Of a stretch of DNA of 64,000 nt, positions 38,794-48,844 are shown in pieces (position 1 is the first letter of the stretch; every line of letters starts with the position of its first letter). A model generated the notes under the pieces. The model had not been told where the DNA came from, did no database searches, and saw only the letters and a program-made list of their open reading frames with translations. The DNA is from an uncultured Hyphomicrobium sp. (GTDB lineage: Bacteria > Pseudomonadota > Alphaproteobacteria > Rhizobiales > Hyphomicrobiaceae). The position numbers were made by a program, and so were the translations under genes. Location of the stretch: the NCBI GenBank assembly GCA_964458265.1, contig CAYWIF010000013.1, positions 17,190-81,189 of the forward strand. The letters are read 5' to 3'.

Positions 38794-40445
38794 AGCGCCA
38801 TCTCCAGCGCCGCGCGCCGGCGCTTTGTCAGGGCCGCCTCTTCGATCGCCTTGAGGTCATCGAGTGTCACGAACGTTCGCTTCTGCAGCCGTCCCTCGGC
38901 GTGCGGGTAGTCGCTCCGGAAATGCCCGCCCCGGCTTTCCTTTCTCGCCAATGCCGCCGCTGCGATGAGCCGCGCCGTCAACGCCATGTTGGTGACGACC
39001 TGATCGCCGGCCGCCTCGGCGGCGATCTCGCGCAACTCCCCGAGCGCGTGACGCAGACCCTTGGCCTCACGGACGACACCCACATCCTCACTCATGATGC
39101 GCCGGATGTGCCGGATCGCCTCGGCCCTGTTCCGCATGTCGACGACCCTGCCGCCCTTGACGAGCCGCAATCTCGCAACCGGCTTCGCATCGGACGCCGG
39201 CACGAGCGCGCGGATATCGTCGGCCACCCGGCCACCGATCACGATGGCTTCGAGCAGCGAGTTCGATGCCAGACGATTGGCCCCGTGCAGTCCCGTCGAG
39301 GCGACTTCTCCCGCCGCCCACAGCCCCGCAACGCTCGACCGCCCATGCAAATCGGTCGCGATCCCGCCCATGTGATAATGCGCGGCTGGCGCCACTGGGA
39401 TCAGTTCGGTCACCGGATCGATCCCCGCCGCCCGGCAATGCGCGTCAACCGTCGGATACGCCGATGCAAAGCGCGCGCCGATAGCCTCGCGGCAGTCCAG
39501 GAACGCCCCGCGCCCGCCGATGACCTCTTCGAATACCGCACGTGCCACGATATCGCGCGGCGCCAGATCAGCGTCCGGGTGATGGCGCTGCATGAAGCGC
39601 TCACCCGCCTTGTTGACGAGCACCGCCCCTTCCCCGCGCAACGCTTCCGTCGCCAGCGGGGCCGGATCAGCGCCGGTATCGATGGCTGTGGGATGAAACT
39701 GAACGAATTCCGGATCGGCGATGACTGCCCCCGCCCGTGCGGCGAACGCAATCGCTTCGCCGCGCGCGTAGGCCGGATTCGTGGTCACGGAATAGAGCCC
39801 GCCGACGCCGCCCGTCGCCAGCACGACGGCGCTCGCCGGAATGAGTTCGTAAGTGCCTTGCCCGCGCGTCTCGCCCCGCGCCAGCCGGACGCCGACCACG
39901 CGCCCGTTCTCGATCACGAGATCTTCCGCTTCGTGCCCCGTGATGACGCGGATGGACGGCGTCGCGCGTGCGGCCGCGATCAGCGCCTGCATGATCGCCG
40001 CGCCGGCCCGGTCGCCCGACACGCGCACGATCCGCTTCGCCGAATGCGCTGCCTCGCGCGACAACACGAAATGCCCTGCCAGATCGCGGTCGAACGGCAC
40101 GCCGTAGCGCAACAGGTCGCGTACGCGGTCGCCGGCCTCTTCCGCCACCGTCCGCGCCACCGCCTCGTCCACGATACCTGCGCCCGCAACGATCGTGTCG
40201 TGCGCATGCGCGTCCGCGGAGTCGCCTTCGCCCACGGCGGCCGCGATGCCGCCCTGCGCCCAGACGCTGGATGCGCCCTCGCCGAGCGGCGCAGCGGCCA
40301 CGATCGTGACCGGCAGCGGAGCCAGCTTCAGCGCCGTGTAAAGTCCGGCCAGTCCCGCTCCGACGATGACGATATCGCCGGGACCGAGCGGCTTCTTCGG
40401 ATTGGAGAAGCCTTTGAACTTGCCGTTTCGAACGTGCTTGGCCAT
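38790..40445 (-). CDS. nadB: L-aspartate oxidase
   Basis: 551 aa from ATG 40445. [14 protein letters not shown] fold, [17 protein letters not shown]. Confidence 0.9.
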   Translation of the reverse strand: MAKHVRNGKFKGFSNPKKPLGPGDIVIVGAGLAGLYTALKLAPLPVTIVAAAPLGEGASSVWAQGGIAAAVGEGDSADAHAHDTIVAGAGIVDEAVARTVAEEAGDRVRDLLRYGVPFDRDLAGHFVLSREAAHSAKRIVRVSGDRAGAAIMQALIAAARATPSIRVITGHEAEDLVIENGRVVGVRLARGETRGQGTYELIPASAVVLATGGVGGLYSVTTNPAYARGEAIAFAARAGAVIADPEFVQFHPTAIDTGADPAPLATEALRGEGAVLVNKAGERFMQRHHPDADLAPRDIVARAVFEEVIGGRGAFLDCREAIGARFASAYPTVDAHCRAAGIDPVTELIPVAPAAHYHMGGIATDLHGRSSVAGLWAAGEVASTGLHGANRLASNSLLEAIVIGGRVADDIRALVPASDAKPVARLRLVKGGRVVDMRNRAEAIRHIRRIMSEDVGVVREAKGLRHALGELREIAAEAAGDQVVTNMALTARLIAAAALARKESRGGHFRSDYPHAEGRLQKRTFVTLDDLKAIEEAALTKRRRAALEMAL

Positions 40446-40502
40446 GGGCTGGCACCTCGCTCGCGGGCCTCCATTGCGAAGGCCCAAGACTTCAGGATCG
40501 GA

Positions 40503-41576
40503 TCAGTGATTGAGATTGACCATGCGTTCAACAGCCCGGCGCGCGCGGTCCGCCACGTCCGGATCGACGGTCACTTCGTATTTCAGGTCCCTGAGGCTCT
40601 CGTAGATGGCTTCCAGGCTGATGCGCTTCATATGCGGGCACAGATTGCACGGCCGCACGAACTCGACCTCCGGCACGTCGTCGGCAACGTTCGACGCCAT
40701 CGAGCATTCCGTGACCAGCAGCGCCTTGCGCGGCTTATTTGTCTTGACCCAGTTGATCATTCCCGACGTGGAGCCGGTGAAGTCGGCCACGCCGATGACA
40801 TCCGGCGGACATTCCGGATGTGCGATGATCTTCACGCCCGGATTAGCGTCGCGATAGGCTTCAAGTTCCTCGGCCGTGAAGCGCTCGTGAACCTCGCAAT
40901 GGCCACGCCACGCGATGATCTCGATATCCGTCTTCGACTGGACGTACTTCGACAGATACTCGTCGGGGATGAGAAGCACGCGCGGTGCGCCAAGGCTTTC
41001 GACGACTTTCACCGCGTTCGACGACGTGCAGGTGATATCGCATTCGGCCTTCACCGCCGCGGACGTGTTGACGTACGTGACGATCGGCACGCCGGGATAG
41101 GCCTCGCGCAACAATCGCACATCCGCCGCCGTGATCGACGCCGCCAGCGAACAGCCGGCCAGCAGATCAGGGATCAGCACCGTCTTCTTCGGCGACAGAA
41201 GCTTTGACGTCTCCGCCATGAAGTGCACGCCGGCCTGGACGATGATGTCGCCCTTGGCCTTCGCTGCCTCACGCGCAAGTTGCAGGCTGTCGCCGCGAAA
41301 GTCGGCAACCCCGTGAAAGATTTCAGGTGTCATGTAGTTGTGCGCCAGGATGACGGCCCCGCGCTCCGCCTTGAGTTCGTTAATCGCCTTGACGAGCGGT
41401 GCGTAGTGCACCCACTCCATCGGCGTCACGACGCGCTTCATGCGATCGTAGATCGGTGCCAGCTCGCGCTCCAGGGCGGGCGTGAATTGAATGCCGTGAT
41501 CCGGCGCCGGTTTGGCAGACGGTCGTGCAGCCTGAGCGGCTGCCGGCCGGCTGAGCGGAAGGGTCACCTGCATCAT
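40503..41576 (-). CDS. nadA: Quinolinate synthase
   Basis: [21 protein letters not shown] and HPECPPDV motifs. ATG 41576 is preceded by AAGGAGG at 9-nt spacing. The track ORF starts at GTG 41597. Confidence 0.9.
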   Translation of the reverse strand: MMQVTLPLSRPAAAQAARPSAKPAPDHGIQFTPALERELAPIYDRMKRVVTPMEWVHYAPLVKAINELKAERGAVILAHNYMTPEIFHGVADFRGDSLQLAREAAKAKGDIIVQAGVHFMAETSKLLSPKKTVLIPDLLAGCSLAASITAADVRLLREAYPGVPIVTYVNTSAAVKAECDITCTSSNAVKVVESLGAPRVLLIPDEYLSKYVQSKTDIEIIAWRGHCEVHERFTAEELEAYRDANPGVKIIAHPECPPDVIGVADFTGSTSGMINWVKTNKPRKALLVTECSMASNVADDVPEVEFVRPCNLCPHMKRISLEAIYESLRDLKYEVTVDPDVADRARRAVERMVNLNH

Positions 41577-41608
41577 GGACCGAAACCTCCTTGACACCGG
41601 CTCCCGAT

Positions 41609-41628
41609 AATACTCATATCGAGCATAT
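41609..41628. promoter_or_regulatory. Inverted repeat AATACTC-ATATC-GAGCATAT, candidate NadQ/NrtR-type operator 1
   Basis: Read directly, 33-52 nt upstream of the nadA ATG. Abuts a TATTAT -10-like hexamer on the nadA strand (41607-41612). Confidence 0.5.
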
Positions 41629-41669
41629 CTTGAGCCTGAGAATGCCCGGCGCTTGCCGGAACCCGTTAC

Positions 41670-41689
41670 TTATGCTCTAGTCGAGCACT
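41670..41689. promoter_or_regulatory. Inverted repeat TTATGCTC-TAGTC-GAGCACT, candidate NadQ/NrtR-type operator 2
   Basis: Read directly. Same half-site architecture as site 1, with centres about 61 nt apart. Confidence 0.5.
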
Positions 41690-41876
41690 CTGTTGCCTAA
41701 TTTAAGGGATAGCCGCGCGCTTTTCCAGCGGAATGGCGCGCGCTGACATAAATAATTCGCGCAACGCCACCACTTGGCCTTCGCGTGCGCTCGACGCTCA
41801 CAGCCGCGCAACGCCAACACCGGAAATTCAAAGGCTCGGCGATTCCGTCGCCGAGCCTTGTTTCGTTGAGTTGATG

Positions 41877-42926
41877 TCAGACGCGCCCTGGCTTGACGCG
41901 CACGCCCGGTGCGGGCCGCTCCAACAGAACTTCCTTGCGGAACCTGTAGAGCTTGGCGGGACGGCCGCCCGTTCGCGTCTTCATCTCGCCGGTCGGCTCC
42001 ACAAGTCCGGCACCTTCCACGAGCCGGCGGAAATTCTGCTTGTGCAGATGCGGACCGAGAATGGCCTCCACCGTCCTCTGCAACTCGAACAGCGTGAATT
42101 CGGGCGGCATCAGTTCAAAGATGACCGGACGGTATTTGATCTTGGCGCGCGTCCGCCCGATCGCCGTCGCCAGGATGCGGCGGTGATCGAAGCGCATCAT
42201 CGCACCGAGCTTTGGCACCGGCGCCCACGCCAGCGCTGCCTCGCGCCCGTCGCGGCGTGCTTCCTCCACGAGTCCGGCCTCGTAGAGCAGCTCATAGCGG
42301 TCGAGGACCTTTTCTTCGTCCCAGGCAGCCCCATCGATGGCGAAACACATGCGCACACGATCCTGGCGCGCGACGGGACGGTTGGGTTCCGACAATTGGT
42401 GCGGCCGTTCCGCCCACTCGCGCAGACGCGGAATGATCTCCGTTTCCAGAATTGCCGGGCGCCCCTTGCGCCAGTCTTCCCATGGAAAATAATGATACCA
42501 GCTACGCCACGACCCGCGCTGCTTCTCGTCGATTTGGCCGGCATCCGTCAGCGCCAGATAGCCGATCGATACGACATGAGGGTTCTCGTCGCCGATCTGG
42601 GCATTCCGGCCGCGATCTCCGAAGGAATAAAGCTGTTCGACGTACCCGAGCTCGAGCCCGGTCTGGTCGGATACCCAGGTCCTCAGTCCGCCTTCGAACG
42701 TGCGGTGCTTCACGGGTGAGAACGGCCCCGACGGCAGGCTGTCCTGGAGGGTATTGTTTTCATCGCGCACGACCAGAACAACCGGCTCGTTCTCGAGCAC
42801 GGCCACGATGGCGGCATTGAGACCGATTTCTACGGCCGGTACTTCCTGGCGCATCGAAGTCCCTTTCGGGTGATGGCGCTCGAGGGTCTCGCGCGGGATA
42901 CGCCGCACATTTGCGTCCGATACCAT
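41877..42926 (-). CDS. nadQ: Nudix-like + winged-HTH transcriptional regulator of NAD synthesis (NadQ/NrtR-type)
   Basis: 349 aa. Degenerate Nudix fold N-terminus. C-terminal FTLFELQRTVEAILG...KQNFRRLVE...GGRPAKLYRF wHTH pattern. Lies immediately upstream of nadABC. ATG 42854 is an alternative start. Confidence 0.65.
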   Translation of the reverse strand: MVSDANVRRIPRETLERHHPKGTSMRQEVPAVEIGLNAAIVAVLENEPVVLVVRDENNTLQDSLPSGPFSPVKHRTFEGGLRTWVSDQTGLELGYVEQLYSFGDRGRNAQIGDENPHVVSIGYLALTDAGQIDEKQRGSWRSWYHYFPWEDWRKGRPAILETEIIPRLREWAERPHQLSEPNRPVARQDRVRMCFAIDGAAWDEEKVLDRYELLYEAGLVEEARRDGREAALAWAPVPKLGAMMRFDHRRILATAIGRTRAKIKYRPVIFELMPPEFTLFELQRTVEAILGPHLHKQNFRRLVEGAGLVEPTGEMKTRTGGRPAKLYRFRKEVLLERPAPGVRVKPGRV

Positions 42927-43081
42927 GGGCTCAGTCTCCCGTCTCTAAACTGCGTTGGACGATAAGGAGGCAGTCTCTTGTCACGTGCAACTAGGGCGTG
43001 GACTGCTTCGACTAATGTGCCTAACGGGGCGGCTTGGCGAATATTCCCCCGCCGCGCAAAAGCTTCGGCCACTTTATTGAA

Positions 43082-43711
43082 CTAGGTCCGTCCAGCGGTC
43101 TGGTAGAGCTCCATGAACCGGGCAACGAACTGCCGCTCCGCCACATCCGTCGGCGATGCGGACAAGCGATCAAGAGTTTGCGCCAGCTTGGAGCTAAGCC
43201 CATCCGGTTCGCCGAAATAGAGCCGTGCCTCCGTCTCCGAGAACCCGGCCAATCGCGTAGCCTCGTAGTAAGCAGCGATTGTATCAGCGGCCTTGATGGC
43301 AGCGGTCATATGTGGCTGCAATGTGGCGGGCAGTCCAAACCTCTGGTGAACGGCTGCCAGAATGCGCAGTTCGAACGCCTTGTAATCGAGCCCGATCGCT
43401 GTCTTGAACGGACTGATGAGATCACCGATCACGTATTCGGGCGCATCGTGCAGCAGCGCCGCGAGAGCATCCGCATCGCTGCGCTCGGGCATTCGGTCCG
43501 ATACGATCGCCTCGACAAGCAAGGCATGCTCCGCGACCGAAAAGGCGTGATCGCCGACGGTTTGACCGTTCCAGCGCGCGACGCGGGCAAGACCGTGCGC
43601 AATATCCGTGATCTCGATGTCGTCCGGCGAGGGATCGAGGAGATCGAGCCGTCGGCCCGATAGCATCCGCTGCCAGGCGCGCGGGCGTGGTGTGTTCGGC
43701 AGCCCGGTCAT
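43082..43711 (-). CDS. HD-domain hydrolase (YfbR-like 5'-nucleotidase family)
   Basis: 209 aa. VAEHALLV...LLHDAPEYVIGDLISP metal-binding pattern. ATG overlaps the tag stop (ATGA 43708-43711). Confidence 0.7.
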   Translation of the reverse strand: MTGLPNTPRPRAWQRMLSGRRLDLLDPSPDDIEITDIAHGLARVARWNGQTVGDHAFSVAEHALLVEAIVSDRMPERSDADALAALLHDAPEYVIGDLISPFKTAIGLDYKAFELRILAAVHQRFGLPATLQPHMTAAIKAADTIAAYYEATRLAGFSETEARLYFGEPDGLSSKLAQTLDRLSASPTDVAERQFVARFMELYQTAGRT

Positions 43712-44319
43712 TGCGGTCGCTTGAAACGACGATGCAGCTTGAGGCAGGCCGCATGCCGCGGACAGCCGGTGAGATGATCGTTCACCAGCCCCACCGACTG
43801 CATGTAAGCGTAAATCGTCGTCGGTCCGACGAACCGGAACCCCTCGGCTTTCAGCGCCTTCGAGATTTGCTTCGACAGGTTCGTCTCAGCCGGCACCTCC
43901 TTCATCGTCTGGAATGCATTGAGCACGGGTCCGTCCGCCAACTGCGCCCAGAGGAATGCGGCGAGTGTTGTTCGCTCGCGTAATGTCAGATAGGCGCGCG
44001 CATTGTCGATTGTCGCCTCGATTTTGAGACGATTGCGCACAATACCGGCGTCCCCCATGAGCCTTTGAATGTCTGTCTCGCCGTATCGCACGATGACTTC
44101 GGGATCGAAACCGTCAAACGCACTGCGGAACGCTTCGCGCTTGCGCAGGATCGTGATCCACGAAAGGCCCGCCTGGAATCCCTCCAGGATCAGCTTTTCA
44201 AACAACCGCCGGTCATCCGCGTGCGGCACGCCCCATTCCGTATCGTGGTAGTGGATGTAGAGGGGGTCTGAAATGCCGGGCCACGGACAGCGCTCCAGGC
44301 CGGGTGCGGTTTTCGCCAT
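43708..44319 (-). CDS. tag: DNA-3-methyladenine glycosylase I
   Basis: 203 aa from ATG 44319. RCPWPGISDPLYIHYHDTEWGVP and EGFQAGLSWITIL. Confidence 0.9.
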   Translation of the reverse strand: MAKTAPGLERCPWPGISDPLYIHYHDTEWGVPHADDRRLFEKLILEGFQAGLSWITILRKREAFRSAFDGFDPEVIVRYGETDIQRLMGDAGIVRNRLKIEATIDNARAYLTLRERTTLAAFLWAQLADGPVLNAFQTMKEVPAETNLSKQISKALKAEGFRFVGPTTIYAYMQSVGLVNDHLTGCPRHAACLKLHRRFKRPQ

Positions 44320-44350
44320 CGGTCGTATCCTCTGAGCACGCTCGTAAACG

Positions 44351-45205
44351 TCAGGCCGGCGCCGGCGTGACGTGAGCCCCCGGCGGCAGATCAACCGTAA
44401 CGGTTGCGTCACCCGCCATCAGCGACACACCTTTGGCGGCAAACTCGTCCGCGCGGTCGAGCCGCAAAAGGGCAAGGGCGCGTTGGCCCGCCACGGTGCC
44501 GATTCTCCCGATTTCCACGCCGCCGGCCAGTATTGAAGCGCCTTCCGTGGGCGTTCCGCCACGCAACGATAACGGTACGACACGCTTGCGCGCCGTTCCG
44601 CGATGCTCCATGCGCGACACGACCTCCTGTCCCACGAAGCAGCCCTTGCTGAACGAAACGCCGCCAAGCTCATCGAAGCGCGCCTCGTGGGGAAAAGCGT
44701 CTCCGAATATGTAATCGCGCCCGCCCTCCGGTACGGCGAGCGCCACGCGATGCGCATGGTAGGCTTGCGCATCGACGGTTGCCGCAATCTCGGGGCCGTC
44801 CTTGACAATGACGCGGTTTCCTAACTCCGCCCGGCGCGGGTCCCGATAAACGATGCCCCGGTCGAGCACGGTCTCCCCACCGAAGTCGGCGTAGACCGCA
44901 ACGTCCTTCGAGACGTCTGCAATCGTCACGGCGGCGCGCAATTTATAGAGCGTCAGGCGCTTGATCAAATCGGCGACGCGATCGCGCGCAACATCGATCA
45001 GAAATTTGCCGCCGTCCTTTACCACGAAGAACTCGAACAGGATTTTTCCCTGAGGCGACAAAAGTCCGGTGTGTATCGCGGGTTCCGACTGGAGCTTGGC
45101 GACATCGTTGGTCACGAGCCCCTGCAGGAATTTTCCGGCATCGGCTCCTTCGACGCTTATGACGCCACGGTCGGCCAGAAGGGCGATCTTGATCTCACTC
45201 GTCAT
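44351..45205 (-). CDS. ygfZ: Folate-binding Fe-S cluster repair protein YgfZ (CAF17 family)
   Basis: SFSKGCFVGQEVVSRMEHRG signature. I prefer ATG 45205 over the track's TTG 45214. Confidence 0.8.
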   Translation of the reverse strand: MTSEIKIALLADRGVISVEGADAGKFLQGLVTNDVAKLQSEPAIHTGLLSPQGKILFEFFVVKDGGKFLIDVARDRVADLIKRLTLYKLRAAVTIADVSKDVAVYADFGGETVLDRGIVYRDPRRAELGNRVIVKDGPEIAATVDAQAYHAHRVALAVPEGGRDYIFGDAFPHEARFDELGGVSFSKGCFVGQEVVSRMEHRGTARKRVVPLSLRGGTPTEGASILAGGVEIGRIGTVAGQRALALLRLDRADEFAAKGVSLMAGDATVTVDLPPGAHVTPAPA

Positions 45206-45306
45206 TGGGGCCAAGGATTGCTATGTGCTGCTGCGTACCTAAGGCTGCGGCCACCACCGTGGCAAGACGCAACCTCACAGACCTCGAAGAACGCATCGGA
45301 CCTAGC

Positions 45307-46632
45307 ATGACAACCCCGCTCGACCTCGTCATTTCCGGGGCCACCGTCGTCAATCATGACGGCGAGGGCATCCGCGACATCGGCATCCGCGACGGCCGGA
45401 TCGTTGCGCTGGGTTCGCTTGGTGCGGCCAAGACAATGGACACGCTCGATGCGCGCGGACTGCATGTCTTGCCCGGCGTAATCGACACGCAAGTCCACTT
45501 TCGCGAGCCCGGCCTGACGCACAAGGAAGACTTGGAAACCGGCAGCCGCTCCGCCGTCGCCGGCGGTGTCACGGCCGTATTCGAAATGCCCAACACCGCT
45601 CCGCTGACCACGTGCGCGGCAACGCTGGCCGCCAAGGTCGGCGCCGCCCGCCAGCGCATGCTGTGCGACTTCGCGTTTTTCGTCGGCGGCACGCGCGAAA
45701 ACATCGCACACATCCCGGAGTTGGAGCGCCTCGAAGGCTCCGCCGGTATTAAGGTGTTCATGGGGTCGTCCACCGGCAACCTGCTCGTCGACGACGATGC
45801 GTCCCTCGACAAGATCATTGCCCGGCTGTCGCGCCGTGCGTCATTTCACGCTGAAGACGAGGACCGCCTCAAGTCGCGCATGAACCTGCGCGTGCCGGGC
45901 GATCCCGCATCGCACCCCGTGTGGCGCGACGAGGAAGCCGCGTTGATGGCCACCAAGCGCCTCGTTGGGCTGGCGGAGAAATACCGCCGCCGCGTCCACG
46001 TGCTGCACATCTCCACCGCCGCCGAAATGGACTTCCTCGAAAGCCACAAAGAGTGGGCGAGCGTGGAAGTCACCCCGCATCACCTCACGCTGGCCGCGCC
46101 GGAGTGCTACGAAAAACTTGGAACCTATGCGCAGATGAACCCGCCGGTGCGCGATGCGCGTCATCGCGAGCGCATCTGGAAAGCCGTGGCCGACGGCGTC
46201 GTTGATGTGCTCGGCTCCGACCACGCGCCCCACACCCGCGAGGAAAAGAACCACGCCTATCCGCAGTCCCATTCCGGCATGACCGGCGTGCAGACGCTCG
46301 TCCCGATCATGCTCGATCACGTCAACGCCGGGCGGCTGTCTCTGCAACGCTTTGTCGACCTGACAAGCCACGGCCCGCAGCGCCTGTTCGGCATTCGCGG
46401 CAAGGGCCGGCTCGCCGTCGGCTGGGATGCCGACCTAACGATCGTCGATTTGAAACGCCGTGAAACGATTAAGGATAACTGGATCGAGAGCCGTGTCGGC
46501 TGGACTCCCTACGACGACAACGACGTCACCGGCTGGCCCGTCGGCACCTTCGTCCGCGGCCGCCGCGTCATGTGGCAGGGTGAGCTGGCCAAATCGGGCT
46601 TTGGCGAACCGGTGCGATTTTACGACGTGTGA
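45307..46632 (+). CDS. pyrC: Dihydroorotase (large, class I-like amidohydrolase)
   Basis: 441 aa from ATG 45307. PGVIDTQVHFREPG, SDHAPHT. Confidence 0.8.
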   Translation: MTTPLDLVISGATVVNHDGEGIRDIGIRDGRIVALGSLGAAKTMDTLDARGLHVLPGVIDTQVHFREPGLTHKEDLETGSRSAVAGGVTAVFEMPNTAPLTTCAATLAAKVGAARQRMLCDFAFFVGGTRENIAHIPELERLEGSAGIKVFMGSSTGNLLVDDDASLDKIIARLSRRASFHAEDEDRLKSRMNLRVPGDPASHPVWRDEEAALMATKRLVGLAEKYRRRVHVLHISTAAEMDFLESHKEWASVEVTPHHLTLAAPECYEKLGTYAQMNPPVRDARHRERIWKAVADGVVDVLGSDHAPHTREEKNHAYPQSHSGMTGVQTLVPIMLDHVNAGRLSLQRFVDLTSHGPQRLFGIRGKGRLAVGWDADLTIVDLKRRETIKDNWIESRVGWTPYDDNDVTGWPVGTFVRGRRVMWQGELAKSGFGEPVRFYDV

Positions 46633-46694
46633 GAAAGGCGTGGATTGGTTGCCAGCCGGCGTGCGGTTGGCACCCGCTTTGCAAAACGCAGCGG

Positions 46695-46928
46695 ATGAGC
46701 TTTCCTTACAACCTTTCGGCTGCAACAGCCTGCAGAACAAACGCCGCGATTGTCTCAGCCGTCTCTGCAGTTCTCGCCGGTGTGCGCTCGTTCGTGGAGG
46801 TCGTGATTGGTGGGATGGCCCTGATCGCCGCGGCAGCCGGAGTGTACCTCGCCAAATCTGCGCTCGGCATCAATGTCTTTGTCTGGCAGTCCCCGCTTCA
46901 CGATCTTCTCTATCATCTTGTGCGGTAA
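46695..46928 (+). CDS. Possible small membrane protein
   Basis: 77 aa from ATG 46695 with one hydrophobic stretch (VVIGGMALIAAAAGVYLA). No family and no clear Shine-Dalgarno. Confidence 0.25.
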   Translation: MSFPYNLSAATACRTNAAIVSAVSAVLAGVRSFVEVVIGGMALIAAAAGVYLAKSALGINVFVWQSPLHDLLYHLVR

Positions 46929-46950
46929 CCGCGCATGCATCTCAGAAATG

Positions 46951-46984
46951 CAAAATAAAAGGCCGCCTGAAGTTTCAGGCGGCC
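46951..46984 (-). terminator. Rho-independent terminator of the downstream-facing L,D-transpeptidase gene
   Basis: Perfect 10-bp stem GGCCGCCTGA / TCAGGCGGCC with a 4-nt loop. On the minus strand it is followed by TTTTATTTTG, 30 nt after the stop at 47014. Confidence 0.85.
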
Positions 46985-47013
46985 CTCGTCACGTTGAGAA
47001 GCATCAGAGCCGG

Positions 47014-47721
47014 CTAGTGCACCACATGCACGGGCGTGCCCGTCTTCACGAGCTTGGCCAGATGCACGACGTGACCATTGTGCATGCGGATGCAGCCCGA
47101 CGAAGCCTCGGTGCCGATCGAGCCGGTGTCGTTCGTTCCGTGAATGCGATAGAGCGAGCTGCCAAGGTAAATGGCCTTCGCGCCCAGTGGATTATTGATG
47201 CCGCCGGTCATCTTCAACGGCAGATGGGGTTTGCGTTGGCGCATCTCTTCGGGCGGAACCCAGTCCGGCCATGACTTGATACCGGAAACTTTCTGTGAGC
47301 CCGTCCACTTGAAACCCTTTTTACCTACGGCAACCGGGTAGGCATAAGCCTTGCCATCACCAAGTACGTAATAGAGCTTCTTCTGTGATTGATCGACGAT
47401 CACCGAGCCTTTGCCGTAACCACCGCCGTAGGACACGACCTGCGGTGAGCGCGCCGCGATGGCAGGCTTGCCGCCGCCCTGCAACAATGCCGTGGGCTTG
47501 CCGCTGAATTGCGGCTTGACGGAGCCCGGACCGAACATGGCCTGCTCAACGCCCGGCTTCTGCTTCTTCTTCGGCGCAAACATCCCAAAACCGCCGCTCG
47601 ACCCCGGCTTGGATCGGGGCACGTCGCCCCACATGCCATACGCTCCAGGAATTTCGGCCATGGCAGGTGTGGACAACGCAAACACCAGACCGGTGACGGC
47701 GGCGAGGAAGCGAACTCTCAT
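47014..47721 (-). CDS. L,D-transpeptidase (YkuD domain), small form
   Basis: 235 aa from ATG 47721. Signal peptide MRVRFLAAVTGLVFALSTPAMA. Catalytic HGTNDTGSIGTEASSGCIRMHN. Confidence 0.85.
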   Translation of the reverse strand: MRVRFLAAVTGLVFALSTPAMAEIPGAYGMWGDVPRSKPGSSGGFGMFAPKKKQKPGVEQAMFGPGSVKPQFSGKPTALLQGGGKPAIAARSPQVVSYGGGYGKGSVIVDQSQKKLYYVLGDGKAYAYPVAVGKKGFKWTGSQKVSGIKSWPDWVPPEEMRQRKPHLPLKMTGGINNPLGAKAIYLGSSLYRIHGTNDTGSIGTEASSGCIRMHNGHVVHLAKLVKTGTPVHVVH

Positions 47722-48147
47722 GACGAAACCCTTCAACTGGGACTGAAAACGCGGGAGGCGAATAGACACGCCGATGCGCGAGGCGGGCGTGTGTACTTGC
47801 AGCCCATTTGTGCTCCCTACCAGAGTAAAGCAGTCGATGGAACCCTCGGGCGGCAGTGAGGTTTTGACCATTTGCCGCAACTGCGAAATGGCGGCCGACG
47901 TCCACATGGTGTTTTTGCTGCTGGTTGAAGTGGTTGGCGCACCCCTGTCGTTTTAGCAGCGGCATCTGGTCTGCCTGCCGCAAAGCTCACCCAAGGGCAG
48001 TCCCGCGATGGACAAGAGCGACCGGTCTTACTACCTATCAAGGGCATAAGCGTTGCCCGCGTCCGGGGCGTTGCACTGACGCCGACATGGCGGACGAAGA
48101 CTGCTCTGTCGCAATAGCGACGCCAGGAGCGCACGGGCCACAGCCGC

Positions 48148-48819
48148 ATGGATTACATTCCCAACCCACTCATCATCCCGATCGGCCTCGTGATCGGCGT
48201 GCTCGTTGCCGCGCCCGTCGGGCCGGTCAATGTCCTGTGCATTCAGCGCGCCATCGAGCGTGGCTTTTTCGGCGGCATCGCCGCCGGCATCGGCGCAGTT
48301 TTGGGTGACGGCACAATCGCGCTCTTTGCGGCTCTCGGCGTAGGCGCGATCTCAGGCGCCATTGAGTATCACCGTACCGCTATTCAAGTCGTCGGCGGAC
48401 TTGCCCTGATAGCCTTCGGTATCAAGCTATACATGACCGTGCCGCCGATCGAAACGGAAGCGCGCGCTTCGCCTGACGGCACCACGCTTCGCGATTTTGT
48501 CTGGGATATCCCACAGACCTTTTTTCTCACCATCACCAACCCCGGGGCCGTCCTGGGATTATTCGCGATTTTTGGCGGCGTTTCGACGTTTGTGGAAGTT
48601 CAAACCACCATCGACGCACTGCTGATGGTCGCTGCCATCATGGCTGGTAGTTTGATGTGGTGGATTTTCCTGGCCAATCTGATCAGCCGGTTCAGACATC
48701 TCGTCGATACCGAACATTTGCAGGCGATCAATCGAATGGCCGGCGTTGCACTCCTCGTATTCGGAGCCGTGCTGATCGGCGAAATGGTACTCAAAGGTGG
48801 TCTCGGCCTGGGCCATTGA
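48148..48819 (+). CDS. LysE family amino-acid efflux translocator
   Basis: 223 aa, about 6 TM. N-terminal PVGPVNVLCIQRAI motif typical of the LysE/RhtB family. Confidence 0.75.
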   Translation: MDYIPNPLIIPIGLVIGVLVAAPVGPVNVLCIQRAIERGFFGGIAAGIGAVLGDGTIALFAALGVGAISGAIEYHRTAIQVVGGLALIAFGIKLYMTVPPIETEARASPDGTTLRDFVWDIPQTFFLTITNPGAVLGLFAIFGGVSTFVEVQTTIDALLMVAAIMAGSLMWWIFLANLISRFRHLVDTEHLQAINRMAGVALLVFGAVLIGEMVLKGGLGLGH

Positions 48820-48844
48820 TGGCCGCAAGCCCGGCCTTGGTCCC

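Noticed and set aside
38607-41207. 866-aa ORF on the plus strand
   Set aside because: It lies entirely antisense to nadB and nadA, which have unambiguous motifs. Its product is Arg/Ala/Pro/His-rich with no motif, typical of a shadow ORF in GC-rich DNA.
41733-42719. 328-aa plus-strand ORF
   Set aside because: Antisense to the Nudix-wHTH regulator gene, which has the recognisable C-terminal wHTH pattern and the expected context with nadABC.
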